64,000 bases of DNA from an uncultured Candidatus Saccharibacteria bacterium (GTDB lineage: Bacteria; Patescibacteriota; Minisyncoccia; Phycocordibacterales; UBA918), in assembly GCA_964643955.1 (NCBI GenBank), contig CAZXUO010000003.1:19865-83864 (forward strand), written 5' to 3'. This document shows, piece after piece, positions 35,179 through 44,383 of this stretch (position 1 is its first letter; each line of letters opens with the position of its first letter). A program made the position numbers and the translations under genes. Below the pieces are notes generated by a model. It did not search any database. It was not told the DNA's origin and was given only the letters and a program-made list of their open reading frames with translations.

Positions 35179-36842
35179 GTGCAACGTTTCAAAACTTGAG
35201 AGGATTTTATACACAATATTTTGCAAAGCATACGCGGCGCTTTGGTGTGAGTCTCATGCTCGCTATTGTTCAAGCGTTACTACTCGTACCTATTCCGTTT
35301 TTAGTACATGCGCTGTTTAAAACACTTTCGACGCACGGAGAAGTACGTTCACTCTTCCTCATCCTCGGGTCCATTATTTGTTTGATTATAGGTGCAGCTA
35401 CTGCTGCGATAATGAATCGCCGCATAACACTTTCTCTCATTAAAGAATCTGTTGGGGATTTGCGCGCTCATCTTGTAGAGCAGACGCTTGCACGCTCTCG
35501 CGCTGAGTACGCAACACTTGAAGTTGATGCGATTCACTCCGACATCGTGTACGGTACCGAGCGGATTGATTGCATGATGAGTGCGCTTTTCACACAGGTG
35601 GTACCTGGCATTCTGGTTGGTCTCGGAATCGGTATCGTCCTCCTCTACCTCAGTCCGCTCCTCACGCTCGTTGTCGTGCTCTCACTCCCAATTCTGTATG
35701 TGTGCGCACGGGCGTTCGGGAGACGGGTGCAGATACTTGTGAAGAAATTTCATGGTGACTTCTCAACTTTTAGTGAAAAGATTTCTTTCGTTACTCATTT
35801 TCATGAGCTTATAAAAATATCAGGGTCAGAGAGATTTGAATTGTCGCAGCAGCGACGATCGATACAAGATCTACGTTTTTCAAGTAGCGCGATGGCATTC
35901 TTTTCGACGATCCATACGATCATGCAGGGGAACGTGATGGTGCTCGTCGGTGTGATTGTGCTACTCGTGGGTGGTATACAGATTATCTCTGGCACGATGA
36001 CGCTCGGTGTAGTCCTCTCATTTTATATTGCACTAAGTGTGCTGATATCGCATATGCGCGTCGCGGTTGGAGCGCTCCCGACAGTCTTGGAGGGCTGGGA
36101 ATCTCTTCACGCACTCAGTGTGCATCTCGGATGGACGCCGACACTCTCGTCGGGTGGTCGTAACATCGATTCGATTACCCGTATCGATATGGAAGATGTT
36201 TCGTTTGGTTATGGGGATGAGCGTATGCTGCAGGGCGTCAGTCTGACGCTCACGCACGGTGAAATGATCGGGCTGTACGGCCCTTCGGGCTCAGGCAAAT
36301 CAACACTTGCGAGCCTGCTTTCGGGTCTTTATCAACCGCAGTCAGGCAGGGTGAGTTTCAATGGAGTTGATCTTCAGGATATTAATCCCGAGAGCTATCG
36401 GTCACGTATTGGAATGCTCACACAAGGATTATTGATCTTCTCGGGTTCAATCCGAGACAATCTTACCTACGGCATTGCGGATGTTTCTGATGATCTCTTG
36501 CGAGAAGTTTGTACGATGTGTGGGATACAAGAATATATTGATGCGCTGCCGGAGGGATATGATACACCGGTCGGTGCGAACGGCACGCAGCTTTCGGGTG
36601 GACAGCGGCAGCGTGTAGCACTTGCTCGTGCGCTCGTTCGGCAGCCCGATATACTGATACTTGATGAGCCCGATAATAATCTCGATCAGATGATGATCGA
36701 GAGCATACTTACTCACATCCACCAAAAGAAGATCACTACACTCGTGATCACACACAATCGATCATTGGCGCATCATTTTGATCGGGTTTACGAATGTACA
36801 AAAGTAGGCGGCGTGACTTTAGTGCGTGAGCAGAAAATATAA
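35175..36842 (+). CDS. ABC exporter, fused TMD-NBD (MsbA/lasso-peptide-D-like)
   Basis: Six-TM N-terminal domain, Walker A 'GPSGSGKST', signature 'LSGGQRQRVALARAL', Walker B 'ILILDEP'. Confidence 0.85.
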   Translation: MSATFQNLRGFYTQYFAKHTRRFGVSLMLAIVQALLLVPIPFLVHALFKTLSTHGEVRSLFLILGSIICLIIGAATAAIMNRRITLSLIKESVGDLRAHLVEQTLARSRAEYATLEVDAIHSDIVYGTERIDCMMSALFTQVVPGILVGLGIGIVLLYLSPLLTLVVVLSLPILYVCARAFGRRVQILVKKFHGDFSTFSEKISFVTHFHELIKISGSERFELSQQRRSIQDLRFSSSAMAFFSTIHTIMQGNVMVLVGVIVLLVGGIQIISGTMTLGVVLSFYIALSVLISHMRVAVGALPTVLEGWESLHALSVHLGWTPTLSSGGRNIDSITRIDMEDVSFGYGDERMLQGVSLTLTHGEMIGLYGPSGSGKSTLASLLSGLYQPQSGRVSFNGVDLQDINPESYRSRIGMLTQGLLIFSGSIRDNLTYGIADVSDDLLREVCTMCGIQEYIDALPEGYDTPVGANGTQLSGGQRQRVALARALVRQPDILILDEPDNNLDQMMIESILTHIHQKKITTLVITHNRSLAHHFDRVYECTKVGGVTLVREQKI

Positions 36843-36844
36843 AT

Positions 36845-37531
36845 ATGGATACGACTGGTCTCGTGAGTGTCATTGTGCCTGCATATAACGCTGAGCGTTA
36901 TATAGGTGAGGCGCTTGAAAGTGTCTTTGCTCAGTCATACCAATATATGGAGGTAATCTGTGTGAATGACGGATCGACTGACAAGACGGGCGAGATCATT
37001 CGTTCGTACGGTGATCGAGTCGTATTTATCGATCAAGAAAAAAATAGTGGCATAGCGACGACTCGGAATGTTGCGCTACGACACGCTCGCGGCGCGTGGA
37101 TTGCTCTCATGGATGCAGATGATGTATGGGAGCCAGAGAAATTGCAGCTACAACACGCCTATGCAGATGGTCATCCGGACGTCGGTATTATTTTTACACA
37201 CGCGCAATGCTTCATCAGTCCTGATCTTCCGCCTGAAGTTCGAAGACTTCGACATTGTCCAGTTGAACCTTTGCCGGGGTTGCTTGCTGCATCTGCTTTT
37301 ATAAAAAAAGAACTTTTTGATACGGTCGGTTTTTTTGATGAGCGTTGGAGAGTAGGGGAATTTATCGATTGGTTTTCGCGAGCCCAGAGTATGGGAATTG
37401 AACATAAAGTGCTTGATGAAGTACTCTTGCGTCGTCGTATACATGATACGAACACGGGCGTCGAGAAGCGTCCTGAACGCGTCGACTATGTTGGTATTGT
37501 GCGTGAAGCTTTGAAGCGTCGGAGGGTATAG
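36845..37531 (+). CDS. Family 2 glycosyltransferase (second copy)
   Basis: 'VSVIVPAYNAERYIGEALESVFAQSYQYMEVICVNDGSTD' and 'DADD'. Confidence 0.8.
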   Translation: MDTTGLVSVIVPAYNAERYIGEALESVFAQSYQYMEVICVNDGSTDKTGEIIRSYGDRVVFIDQEKNSGIATTRNVALRHARGAWIALMDADDVWEPEKLQLQHAYADGHPDVGIIFTHAQCFISPDLPPEVRRLRHCPVEPLPGLLAASAFIKKELFDTVGFFDERWRVGEFIDWFSRAQSMGIEHKVLDEVLLRRRIHDTNTGVEKRPERVDYVGIVREALKRRRV

Positions 37532-37535
37532 AAGT

Positions 37536-38741
37536 ATGTCGCATACCATGTTATTTCCACTAAGTTTCCCAAACACTGAGGAGGAATCATTTCTCAGACT
37601 ATTACTTGCTGATCGCGAGCATTTTCGCGAGCTTTGGGAAGCATGGAAGACAACAGTTGTTTTTGATGATATTGATTTTGCAACGCTTCGACTGCTTCCA
37701 CTCTTGTACATGCGGCTGCGTGAAGCGGGGATTACGGACGACAAATATGTCGGGAAAATACGCGGCGTATATCGCATGGTGTGGGCGCGTAATCAGTGTC
37801 TCATCAACGAGGTGGCTGCGGTCGCTGATACATGTAGGGAGCGCGGCATTGACGTGCTACTTCTCAAAGGGCTCGCATTGCTTATTGATATGTATCGAGA
37901 TCCAGCAGCGCGGTTTTTGGGAGATGGAGATATTTTAATAAAAAAAGAGGATGTGCCGAGAGTTTTTGAAATCTTAGAAGAACTCGGGTGGACATGCGTC
38001 GATCCGTCGGTGTCACTAAAACATAACGCGCGCTACGAGGGGCTATTTGAGGTTACGCACGCAGTCGCGTTTAGAAATAAAACGGGTGTAGAGATCGAGG
38101 TACATTGGCATGTTTTTCATGTTGAGCTCGAGCGAGATCTTTTACGCTTGCTATTACTTTTGAGTCCGCACAATCGTGCAAATACAACCCTGTCGTGGCA
38201 GCGCGCTCGCGCGATCAAGCTCAAGGAAGTGCCAGTAAAAATGCTCTCGTATGAAGATATGCTCGTACATGTAATCGTGCACGGTGCTGAGGGTAATGAT
38301 AATCATCGGACATTGCGATGGGTCGTTGATGCTGCCTATATCATAAATACAACTTCGCTCGATTGGGATCGTGTACTTGAGATCACTCGTGATGGGGCGC
38401 ATATCGTCGCGATGCGTTACGGGATCACGTATCTCAAAGATAAGATGCATACAGATATTCCCTCTGTGTTTGTCTCAAAGCTTATGCAGCTTACATATTC
38501 ATCCCGTGAACATAGAAATTATCTACGTCGCACGCGTGTATGGTTTCCGCCACTTGGTAATTTTCCGTCACTCTGGTATCGATATTGGAAATATGAATCT
38601 TATGGCTCGTATCTGGAGCGCCTACGCCACTTCTCTTCATATCTGAAGCAAGTGTGGTCTGTTTCTCCTGCAGAGAGCCTGCTCACTTTCATTTATCGTA
38701 AGTATTGCGGCCGGATGATGCGAAAGTTCGGTAGAAAATGA
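37536..38741 (+). CDS. Nucleotidyltransferase-family protein (NTP_transf_5 / 'uncharacterised nucleotidyltransferase' type)
   Basis: 'IDVLLLKGLALL…FLGDGDILIKKEDVPRVFEILEELGWTC' matches the family's GDxD…GW core. 401 aa, 4 nt after the previous gene. Confidence 0.55.
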   Translation: MSHTMLFPLSFPNTEEESFLRLLLADREHFRELWEAWKTTVVFDDIDFATLRLLPLLYMRLREAGITDDKYVGKIRGVYRMVWARNQCLINEVAAVADTCRERGIDVLLLKGLALLIDMYRDPAARFLGDGDILIKKEDVPRVFEILEELGWTCVDPSVSLKHNARYEGLFEVTHAVAFRNKTGVEIEVHWHVFHVELERDLLRLLLLLSPHNRANTTLSWQRARAIKLKEVPVKMLSYEDMLVHVIVHGAEGNDNHRTLRWVVDAAYIINTTSLDWDRVLEITRDGAHIVAMRYGITYLKDKMHTDIPSVFVSKLMQLTYSSREHRNYLRRTRVWFPPLGNFPSLWYRYWKYESYGSYLERLRHFSSYLKQVWSVSPAESLLTFIYRKYCGRMMRKFGRK

Positions 38742-38805
38742 TGCTGCATTTGATTTGGTATAATGCGGTGTGCATTTACTACAGTAACGAATTTATCTCA
38801 TATAT

Positions 38806-39513
38806 ATGACAAAAACACTTATCATTGGCTTGGTAGTAGTTGCAGTGATTGCTCTCGGTGGATTCTTTTTGTGGACTCCCGCAGGAGCGCCTGAGACGAC
38901 TGATGAAGCGCGTCAAGAAGCGCAATCTGAAGCAATTACTGAAGAATCAAAAGTAGTAACTTCAGGAACGTACGTGGTCGTTCCTGAAGAAAGTGATGTG
39001 CGATGGGCAGGAAAGAAACCGCTTATCGATGGGTATGTAAATTCAGGCTCACTCGCACTCGAGAGCGGTTCAATCGTGGTGACTGAAACGACAGCAACTG
39101 GTGACTTTGTGATTGATATGAACACACTTTCTGTCTCACAGACGCCTACGAAACCAGGAAAAGAATCATCGCTTGAAGGACATTTGAAGGGTGAGAATTG
39201 GTTTAATGTCGCTGCGTTTCCTACCGCAACCTTCGATATTGTTGAAGTTTCTCCGCGCGCAGATAGCGGAACTGCATTTGTCTACAACGTCCGCGGCAAT
39301 CTCACGATGAAAGGGGAGACACATGAACTCTCATTTCCCGCACTGATTTACCTTGATGCAAATGGCGTGCTCCATGCAGATGCAACGCTTGAGTTTGATC
39401 GTACACTCTGGGGTATCACCGCAGGTTCAGGCTCGTTTTTCGACAATCTCGCAGATAACGCGATTGACGACATGGTTTCGCTCTCATTCAATCTTGTTGC
39501 TGAGAAGCAATAG
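38806..39513 (+). CDS. Membrane-anchored YceI-like domain protein
   Basis: N-terminal TM, then a YceI-like beta-barrel ('SDVRWAGKKPLIDGYVNSG…FNVAAFPTATFDIVEV…NVRGNLTMKGETHELSF'). TGGTATAAT lies at 38757–38765. Confidence 0.65.
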   Translation: MTKTLIIGLVVVAVIALGGFFLWTPAGAPETTDEARQEAQSEAITEESKVVTSGTYVVVPEESDVRWAGKKPLIDGYVNSGSLALESGSIVVTETTATGDFVIDMNTLSVSQTPTKPGKESSLEGHLKGENWFNVAAFPTATFDIVEVSPRADSGTAFVYNVRGNLTMKGETHELSFPALIYLDANGVLHADATLEFDRTLWGITAGSGSFFDNLADNAIDDMVSLSFNLVAEKQ

Positions 39514-39518
39514 TAGAC

Positions 39519-41282
39519 ATGCACGCGCGTCTCTCACAAGGTGCCGCGTTCTGGATGCCGGCAGTAGTGGCCGTCTTACTCATACTCAGCTTTTTTGATG
39601 CGCCGTTCGTACTGTTATGCGCAATCGGACTCGGACTCATTCGAATTCTTTTTGAGTCGTATCGGGAAATCCGTGAGGGGAGATATGCGCTCGACTATAT
39701 CGCGCTGGTTGCGCTCGGCGTCTCAATCATTGCTGGAGAGTATCTTGCAGGTGCGCTTGTCGCGTTGATGTTTACGGGAGGAAAAGCGTTGGAGGATTTT
39801 GCATCACGTAAAGCGTATGCTGCACTGAAGTCGCTTAGCGAGACGATTCCTAAAACGGTCTTTGTTGAGCGTGGAGGAAAATTTGAGGAAGTGCCGTTGC
39901 AAGAAGTACGTGATGGTGAACATATACTCGTAAAGCAAGGGGAGCTCGTGCCGCTCGATGGTATTGTGCGTGCTCCTGCGCAGGGACTGTTTGATCTTGC
40001 AAATCTCACCGGTGAAGCAGGCGCGCAGTATTTTGCTGCCGGAACATTTGTAAAAAGCGGTGCGATAAACAGAGGCGAGACCGTTACACTACAGGTTGTT
40101 GGCACCTTTGCTTCATCGACGTATCACAAGATTGCCGAACTCGTAGCTCAAGCAAAGTCGCATCCTGCGCGCATGGTGCTGCTCTCTGCACGTGCGAATA
40201 TCTACTTCACGGTGATTACCTTTGTTATTGCCGGGATTGCATTTGTACTTGGTGATGGTGTGACGCGCGCACTTGCGGTGCTCGTCATTGCGACGCCGTG
40301 TCCACTCATCATCGCGGCACCAGTTGCGTTTATTGGCGGTATGTCGCGACTTGCACGTTCGGGCATCATTGTGAGAGTGCCGGCGGCGCTTGAGGGAATC
40401 GCGCAGTCCGACACGGTCTTCTTCGACAAGACCGGTACGCTCACACTCGGAGAGCCGGCTCTCACAAGAATAGAGATTTGTCAGACCACAATGTCAGAAG
40501 AAGAACTTTTGCGCATCGCGGCCGGTATTGAGATTCACTCACTCCACCCACTTGCACGAGCGATAGTAGCTGAAGCTGAGCGTCGTCAGATTACCTACCA
40601 GATCGCGGATGTTGCTGCGGAAAAGATTGGAAAGGGAATCTCGGGCAAAATCGGAGGAAAGACATACATCATCTCTGGAACTGACGAGGAATATCGAGGC
40701 ATTACGCTCGCACTTAAATCGAACGATACAATCCTCGCGCGTTTTCATTTTGCTGACGTGCTTAAGGATGGCGCTTTAGATTTTATTGGAGAGCTCAAGA
40801 AAAGCGGGGTGCGCACCGAGATCATTACAGGAGATACAAAAGAGAATGCGAACGAGATTTTCGGCAAGACGGCTCTCCTCGTCCACGCTGCAGCATCGCC
40901 TCAAGATAAACATCACTTTGTTGAGGAAGCGCATGCGCGCGGCGCTGTCGTAACAATGATCGGTGATGGACTCAATGATGCGCCTGCGCTCGCTCGAGCA
41001 GACGTCGGTGTTGTGTATTCGGGTACTGAGAATAGCGCCTCGATCGAGGCGGCTGACATCGCGATACTCGATCGGCGTATCGATCGAGTGCGAGAACTTT
41101 TTTCGGTCTCGCACCGGACTGTGTCTATTGCGCGACAAAGTATCTACGGGGGAATTGTGCTCTCAACGATCGGCATGATAGCTGCGGCGCTCGGATATAT
41201 TCCACCCGTTTACGGCGCCCTTCTTCAGGAGACTATTGATATTATTGTGATTCTCAATGCACTGCGTGTGCTGCGTGCCTAA
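39519..41282 (+). CDS. P-type ATPase, P1B-like (TPCP membrane motif), lacking an N-terminal metal-binding domain
   Basis: 'DKTGTLT' phosphorylation motif, 'GDGLNDAPALARADVG' hinge, 'ATPCPLIIAAP' in TM6. 587 aa, short for the family. Confidence 0.75.
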   Translation: MHARLSQGAAFWMPAVVAVLLILSFFDAPFVLLCAIGLGLIRILFESYREIREGRYALDYIALVALGVSIIAGEYLAGALVALMFTGGKALEDFASRKAYAALKSLSETIPKTVFVERGGKFEEVPLQEVRDGEHILVKQGELVPLDGIVRAPAQGLFDLANLTGEAGAQYFAAGTFVKSGAINRGETVTLQVVGTFASSTYHKIAELVAQAKSHPARMVLLSARANIYFTVITFVIAGIAFVLGDGVTRALAVLVIATPCPLIIAAPVAFIGGMSRLARSGIIVRVPAALEGIAQSDTVFFDKTGTLTLGEPALTRIEICQTTMSEEELLRIAAGIEIHSLHPLARAIVAEAERRQITYQIADVAAEKIGKGISGKIGGKTYIISGTDEEYRGITLALKSNDTILARFHFADVLKDGALDFIGELKKSGVRTEIITGDTKENANEIFGKTALLVHAAASPQDKHHFVEEAHARGAVVTMIGDGLNDAPALARADVGVVYSGTENSASIEAADIAILDRRIDRVRELFSVSHRTVSIARQSIYGGIVLSTIGMIAAALGYIPPVYGALLQETIDIIVILNALRVLRA

Positions 41283-41382
41283 TCTTCATCTTTTGTTCAT
41301 GAGGTTTTTGTCATGATGTGTATGTCGAGCGGTGTGGCCACTTTTATGCGTAATGCCACATATACGCGCGCACATAAAAAAT

Positions 41383-41703
41383 ATGAACAACAGCACCGTA
41401 ATGTATCGATGGTTGGCGGTAGTGCTCGCAATCGCTTTAGTGTGTGTGGTAGTGCTCTGGATTAATGCAAAAAATGATCTTGGCAACGTCACCGAAGATT
41501 TTCAGGGTGGTGTTGCGGAGTATCGTGCAGAAATTGCTGAAAAATGTACATTCACCGCAACTACTACGCAGGCAGAGCGTCGCGAGTGTGAAGAACTGCT
41601 TGAAGAATTCTCAGATGTCTTGCGTGATTACCGTGATGTCTTTATTGATATGACAGGTACATCAACGGCACCTGTTGCAACAACGACCGAGATTGAAGGG
41701 TAA
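41383..41703 (+). CDS. Membrane-anchored hypothetical protein
   Basis: TM 'WLAVVLAIALVCVVVLWI' then a soluble acidic domain. Start taken at the internal ATG. Confidence 0.35.
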   Translation: MNNSTVMYRWLAVVLAIALVCVVVLWINAKNDLGNVTEDFQGGVAEYRAEIAEKCTFTATTTQAERRECEELLEEFSDVLRDYRDVFIDMTGTSTAPVATTTEIEG

Positions 41704-41739
41704 TAGGGAGTATTATGAGATTATGTTGACATAAATACC

Positions 41740-41943
41740 ATGATTACATCAAGTGAGATGCAGCGGTACTTGGAAGGTATTGAGTATCCGACCAGTAAAG
41801 CGCAGATCATAGAAGTTGCGCGCATGCAGGGTGCGCCCGATAGCGTTGTCGAAATTCTTGAACATGTGCGTGATGGTGAATATTTTAGCCTCCCTGATCT
41901 TATGGGTGAACTTGAGGAGGAAGAGAATGAATCAGAGGGGTAG
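41740..41943 (+). CDS. DUF2795-family small protein
   Basis: 'LEGIEYPTSKAQIIEVARMQGAPDSVVEILEHVRDGEYFSLPDLMGEL' matches the DUF2795 consensus. Confidence 0.5.
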   Translation: MITSSEMQRYLEGIEYPTSKAQIIEVARMQGAPDSVVEILEHVRDGEYFSLPDLMGELEEEENESEG

Positions 41944-41977
41944 ACCATTGTAGCTATCAACTAGAAGAAAAAACTCT

Positions 41978-42235
41978 ATGAACATTCTATTGTGGATTAT
42001 ATTTGGTGGAGCAGCAGGATGGGTGGCGAGCCTCATTGTGGGGACGGATGAGCGCATGGGGCTTATTGCTAATATCGTAATTGGTATTATCGGCGCGTTT
42101 ATTGGAGGCTGGCTTTCACATAGCCTCGGTATGGATCCCGATAGCAACCCTGAACGACCTACGTCGTTCTTCAGTTTTGTGTGGGCAGTCGCTGGCGCAG
42201 CGATCCTTCTCATCGGCCTCAACCTTATTTTGTAG
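41978..42235 (+). CDS. GlsB/YeaQ/YmgE-family stress-response membrane protein
   Basis: 85 aa; 'ILLWIIFGGAAGWVASLIVG…GLIANIVIGIIGAFIGGWL' is the family hallmark. Confidence 0.7.
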   Translation: MNILLWIIFGGAAGWVASLIVGTDERMGLIANIVIGIIGAFIGGWLSHSLGMDPDSNPERPTSFFSFVWAVAGAAILLIGLNLIL

Positions 42236-42244
42236 AAGCGATAT

Positions 42245-43360
42245 TCACTTCGCTTTCTTTGAAAAGTTGAACGCAATGTGCGCTGGGGACGTTAGTTCCT
42301 CGGCGCCATTTGCTTCTGGCTTGATTGGTAGGGAGAGGGTAAACGTCGTGCCTGATCCTTCAGAACTCTCGACCTCGATCGCACCTTTGTGAAGCTTGAT
42401 AATTTCAAATACCACCGCGAGCCCGATACCGGTGCCCGACAATTTTCCTGTTTTCTCTGATCGGTAGAATGGTTCAAAGATATGCGGGAGGTCCTTTTGC
42501 GGTATGCCAATACCAGTGTCAGCAACACTCACAGAGATGGCAGTGCTTGTCTTGCCGGAATAGGTGAAAAGTACTTTGCCACCTTTTGGTGTGTACGAGA
42601 TCGCATTTTTTATGAGATTGAAGAATACTTGCTCGAGCGCGGTTTTGTTGCCGATGATTGGCGGTATGTGTGTTGAGGTGATTGAGATCGTAACCTCTTT
42701 CTTTTCGGCAAGCTCTGAAAGCTGTGCGGCAACTGAGAGAGCGATTGCGCGTACGTCTACTTCTTCAAATCGTAAGGAGTCGGCTGAGACCATGCGTTCA
42801 AAGAGGAGGAGATTATTGAGAATCTCATTGATCTTGTCGATATCCGCGATATTTTCTTCAAACGTTGTGGTTGCTGCGGTGTTTGCCTCTGCCTCAGCAT
42901 CGAAGCGCGCTATTTCGTTGTTCATGCGGAGGATACTGAGTGGCGTGCGAAGCTCGTGAGCGATGCCCGAGATGAAGCGCTTTTGCATTTCAAAGGCGTG
43001 GCGAATAGGGCCAAGTGCAAGTCGAGATACGGTAAAGCCAGTGAGGATTGCCAAAAGTATCACGAGTGCAATGGTACTGTATGTTGCGACCTCTGCTCCT
43101 CGACTTGATTCTGCAATGATCGACGGATCATTTACTCCACTTGCAACCGCGAGAAGAAGTGATTCAATCACACCCGTCATGAGGACGCGCTTGATATGCC
43201 AGAGTAAAGTAATAAAGCCTGCAGCAGTAATCGCCACGAAGATCGTCAAGGATATGAGTATCTTGACGCGCGTCGAAAAAAATATGTCGTGCTTAAACTT
43301 ATGCCGCAAAGCGGTAACCAACCCCACTGACTGTTTCAATATAGTCATCACCGTATTCAT
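42245..43360 (-). CDS. Sensor histidine kinase (HisKA + HATPase_c); true start probably downstream of the tool's start
   Basis: H-box 'ISGIAHELRTPLSIL', N/G boxes 'FNLIKNAISYT…ADTGIGIP…GTGIGLAV'. Two N-terminal TM helices. The annotated 5' end overlaps the response-regulator gene by 61 nt. Confidence 0.8.
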   Translation of the reverse strand: MNTVMTILKQSVGLVTALRHKFKHDIFFSTRVKILISLTIFVAITAAGFITLLWHIKRVLMTGVIESLLLAVASGVNDPSIIAESSRGAEVATYSTIALVILLAILTGFTVSRLALGPIRHAFEMQKRFISGIAHELRTPLSILRMNNEIARFDAEAEANTAATTTFEENIADIDKINEILNNLLLFERMVSADSLRFEEVDVRAIALSVAAQLSELAEKKEVTISITSTHIPPIIGNKTALEQVFFNLIKNAISYTPKGGKVLFTYSGKTSTAISVSVADTGIGIPQKDLPHIFEPFYRSEKTGKLSGTGIGLAVVFEIIKLHKGAIEVESSEGSGTTFTLSLPIKPEANGAEELTSPAHIAFNFSKKAK

Positions 43361-43976
43361 TTTTACCTAGCTTTTTTCGTAAATTCTTTACGTGCACATC
43401 GACCACGTTACTAAATGAGTTGAAATTGAAATCCCATACATGGTCGAGTATGTGTTCGCGATCGAGGACTTTGTCAGGATTTCGCATAAAGAACTCAAGC
43501 AGTGCGAACTCTTTGACGGTCAGTGGCACCTCGTTCTCGCCACGGTACACCTTGTGTTTTGCAACATCAAGTCGAAGATCATGCGTACGGAGCTCTGAAG
43601 GATAGTGCGTATCAGGGCGGCGCAGGAGCGCATGGCCACGTGCGATAAGTTCAGCGATCGCAAATGGTTTTGTCATATAGTCGTCTGCACCAGCATTGAG
43701 GAGACTCACTTTGTCAGCAGTTTGGTCCTTTGCGGTGAGGATAAGGATAGGTACATTTACACCATGTTCACGCACTGAGGTGCAGATTGCGAGTCCATCA
43801 GCACCGGGGAGCATGAGGTCGAGGATGACGAGGTCGTATACCGAATGGTGGATCAAGAGATGTTCGCGCGCCTCGATGCCGTCATGTCGCGCATCAACTG
43901 CAAATCCATGCTGCTCAAGGCCGCGTTTTAAAGCGTTTGCAAGGCGACGTTCATCTTCTACGATGAGTACTCTCAT
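43299..43976 (-). CDS. OmpR-family response regulator
   Basis: Receiver domain 'MRVLIVEDERRLANALKRGL…DLVILDLMLPGADG' plus winged-helix 'YDDYIETVSGVGYRF'. Confidence 0.85.
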   Translation of the reverse strand: MRVLIVEDERRLANALKRGLEQHGFAVDARHDGIEAREHLLIHHSVYDLVILDLMLPGADGLAICTSVREHGVNVPILILTAKDQTADKVSLLNAGADDYMTKPFAIAELIARGHALLRRPDTHYPSELRTHDLRLDVAKHKVYRGENEVPLTVKEFALLEFFMRNPDKVLDREHILDHVWDFNFNSFSNVVDVHVKNLRKKLGKNEYGDDYIETVSGVGYRFAA

Positions 43977-44383
43977 AGCGTATATGTTGAATTAGTCTAA
44001 CAAAAAGCGGCGTCAATCTCACGGTACGCCTTTTGGTATGAAGAGTTCATGAAGAATACTTCATGTACCGAGATATGGCCGGAGGCCGTGCTCCCATACA
44101 GGTATGCACGGCCTCCGGCGATCACGTCTTGTAGCTATCTGCTGATGGCAGATGAAGTTTTTCTTGCATGGGCGGATGCAAAAAATTATCTACCGTTAAA
44201 TAACACAACACACAATGTCGCATGCCAACTCCAAAAGAACGCGCGACTCCATACACTCTACGCGCATTGTGATGAAATCCGTATGAACGAGGAATGTACA
44301 CTTCGGTCCCGCTCGCGTGTGGTATTTTTAGGGTGTAAGTACCGGGAGATTGTTCCGTCTCAGTAAAGGTATACTTCTTATAT

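Noticed and set aside
33001-38741. Canonical lasso-peptide biosynthetic cluster (paeninodin-like, with kinase)
   Set aside because: PqqD-like RRE, HprK-like kinase and ABC exporter are present. No Asn-synthetase-like macrolactam cyclase (C), no transglutaminase-like B2 protease and no obvious precursor peptide are in or beside the operon. Reported as a distinct, uncharacterised system instead.
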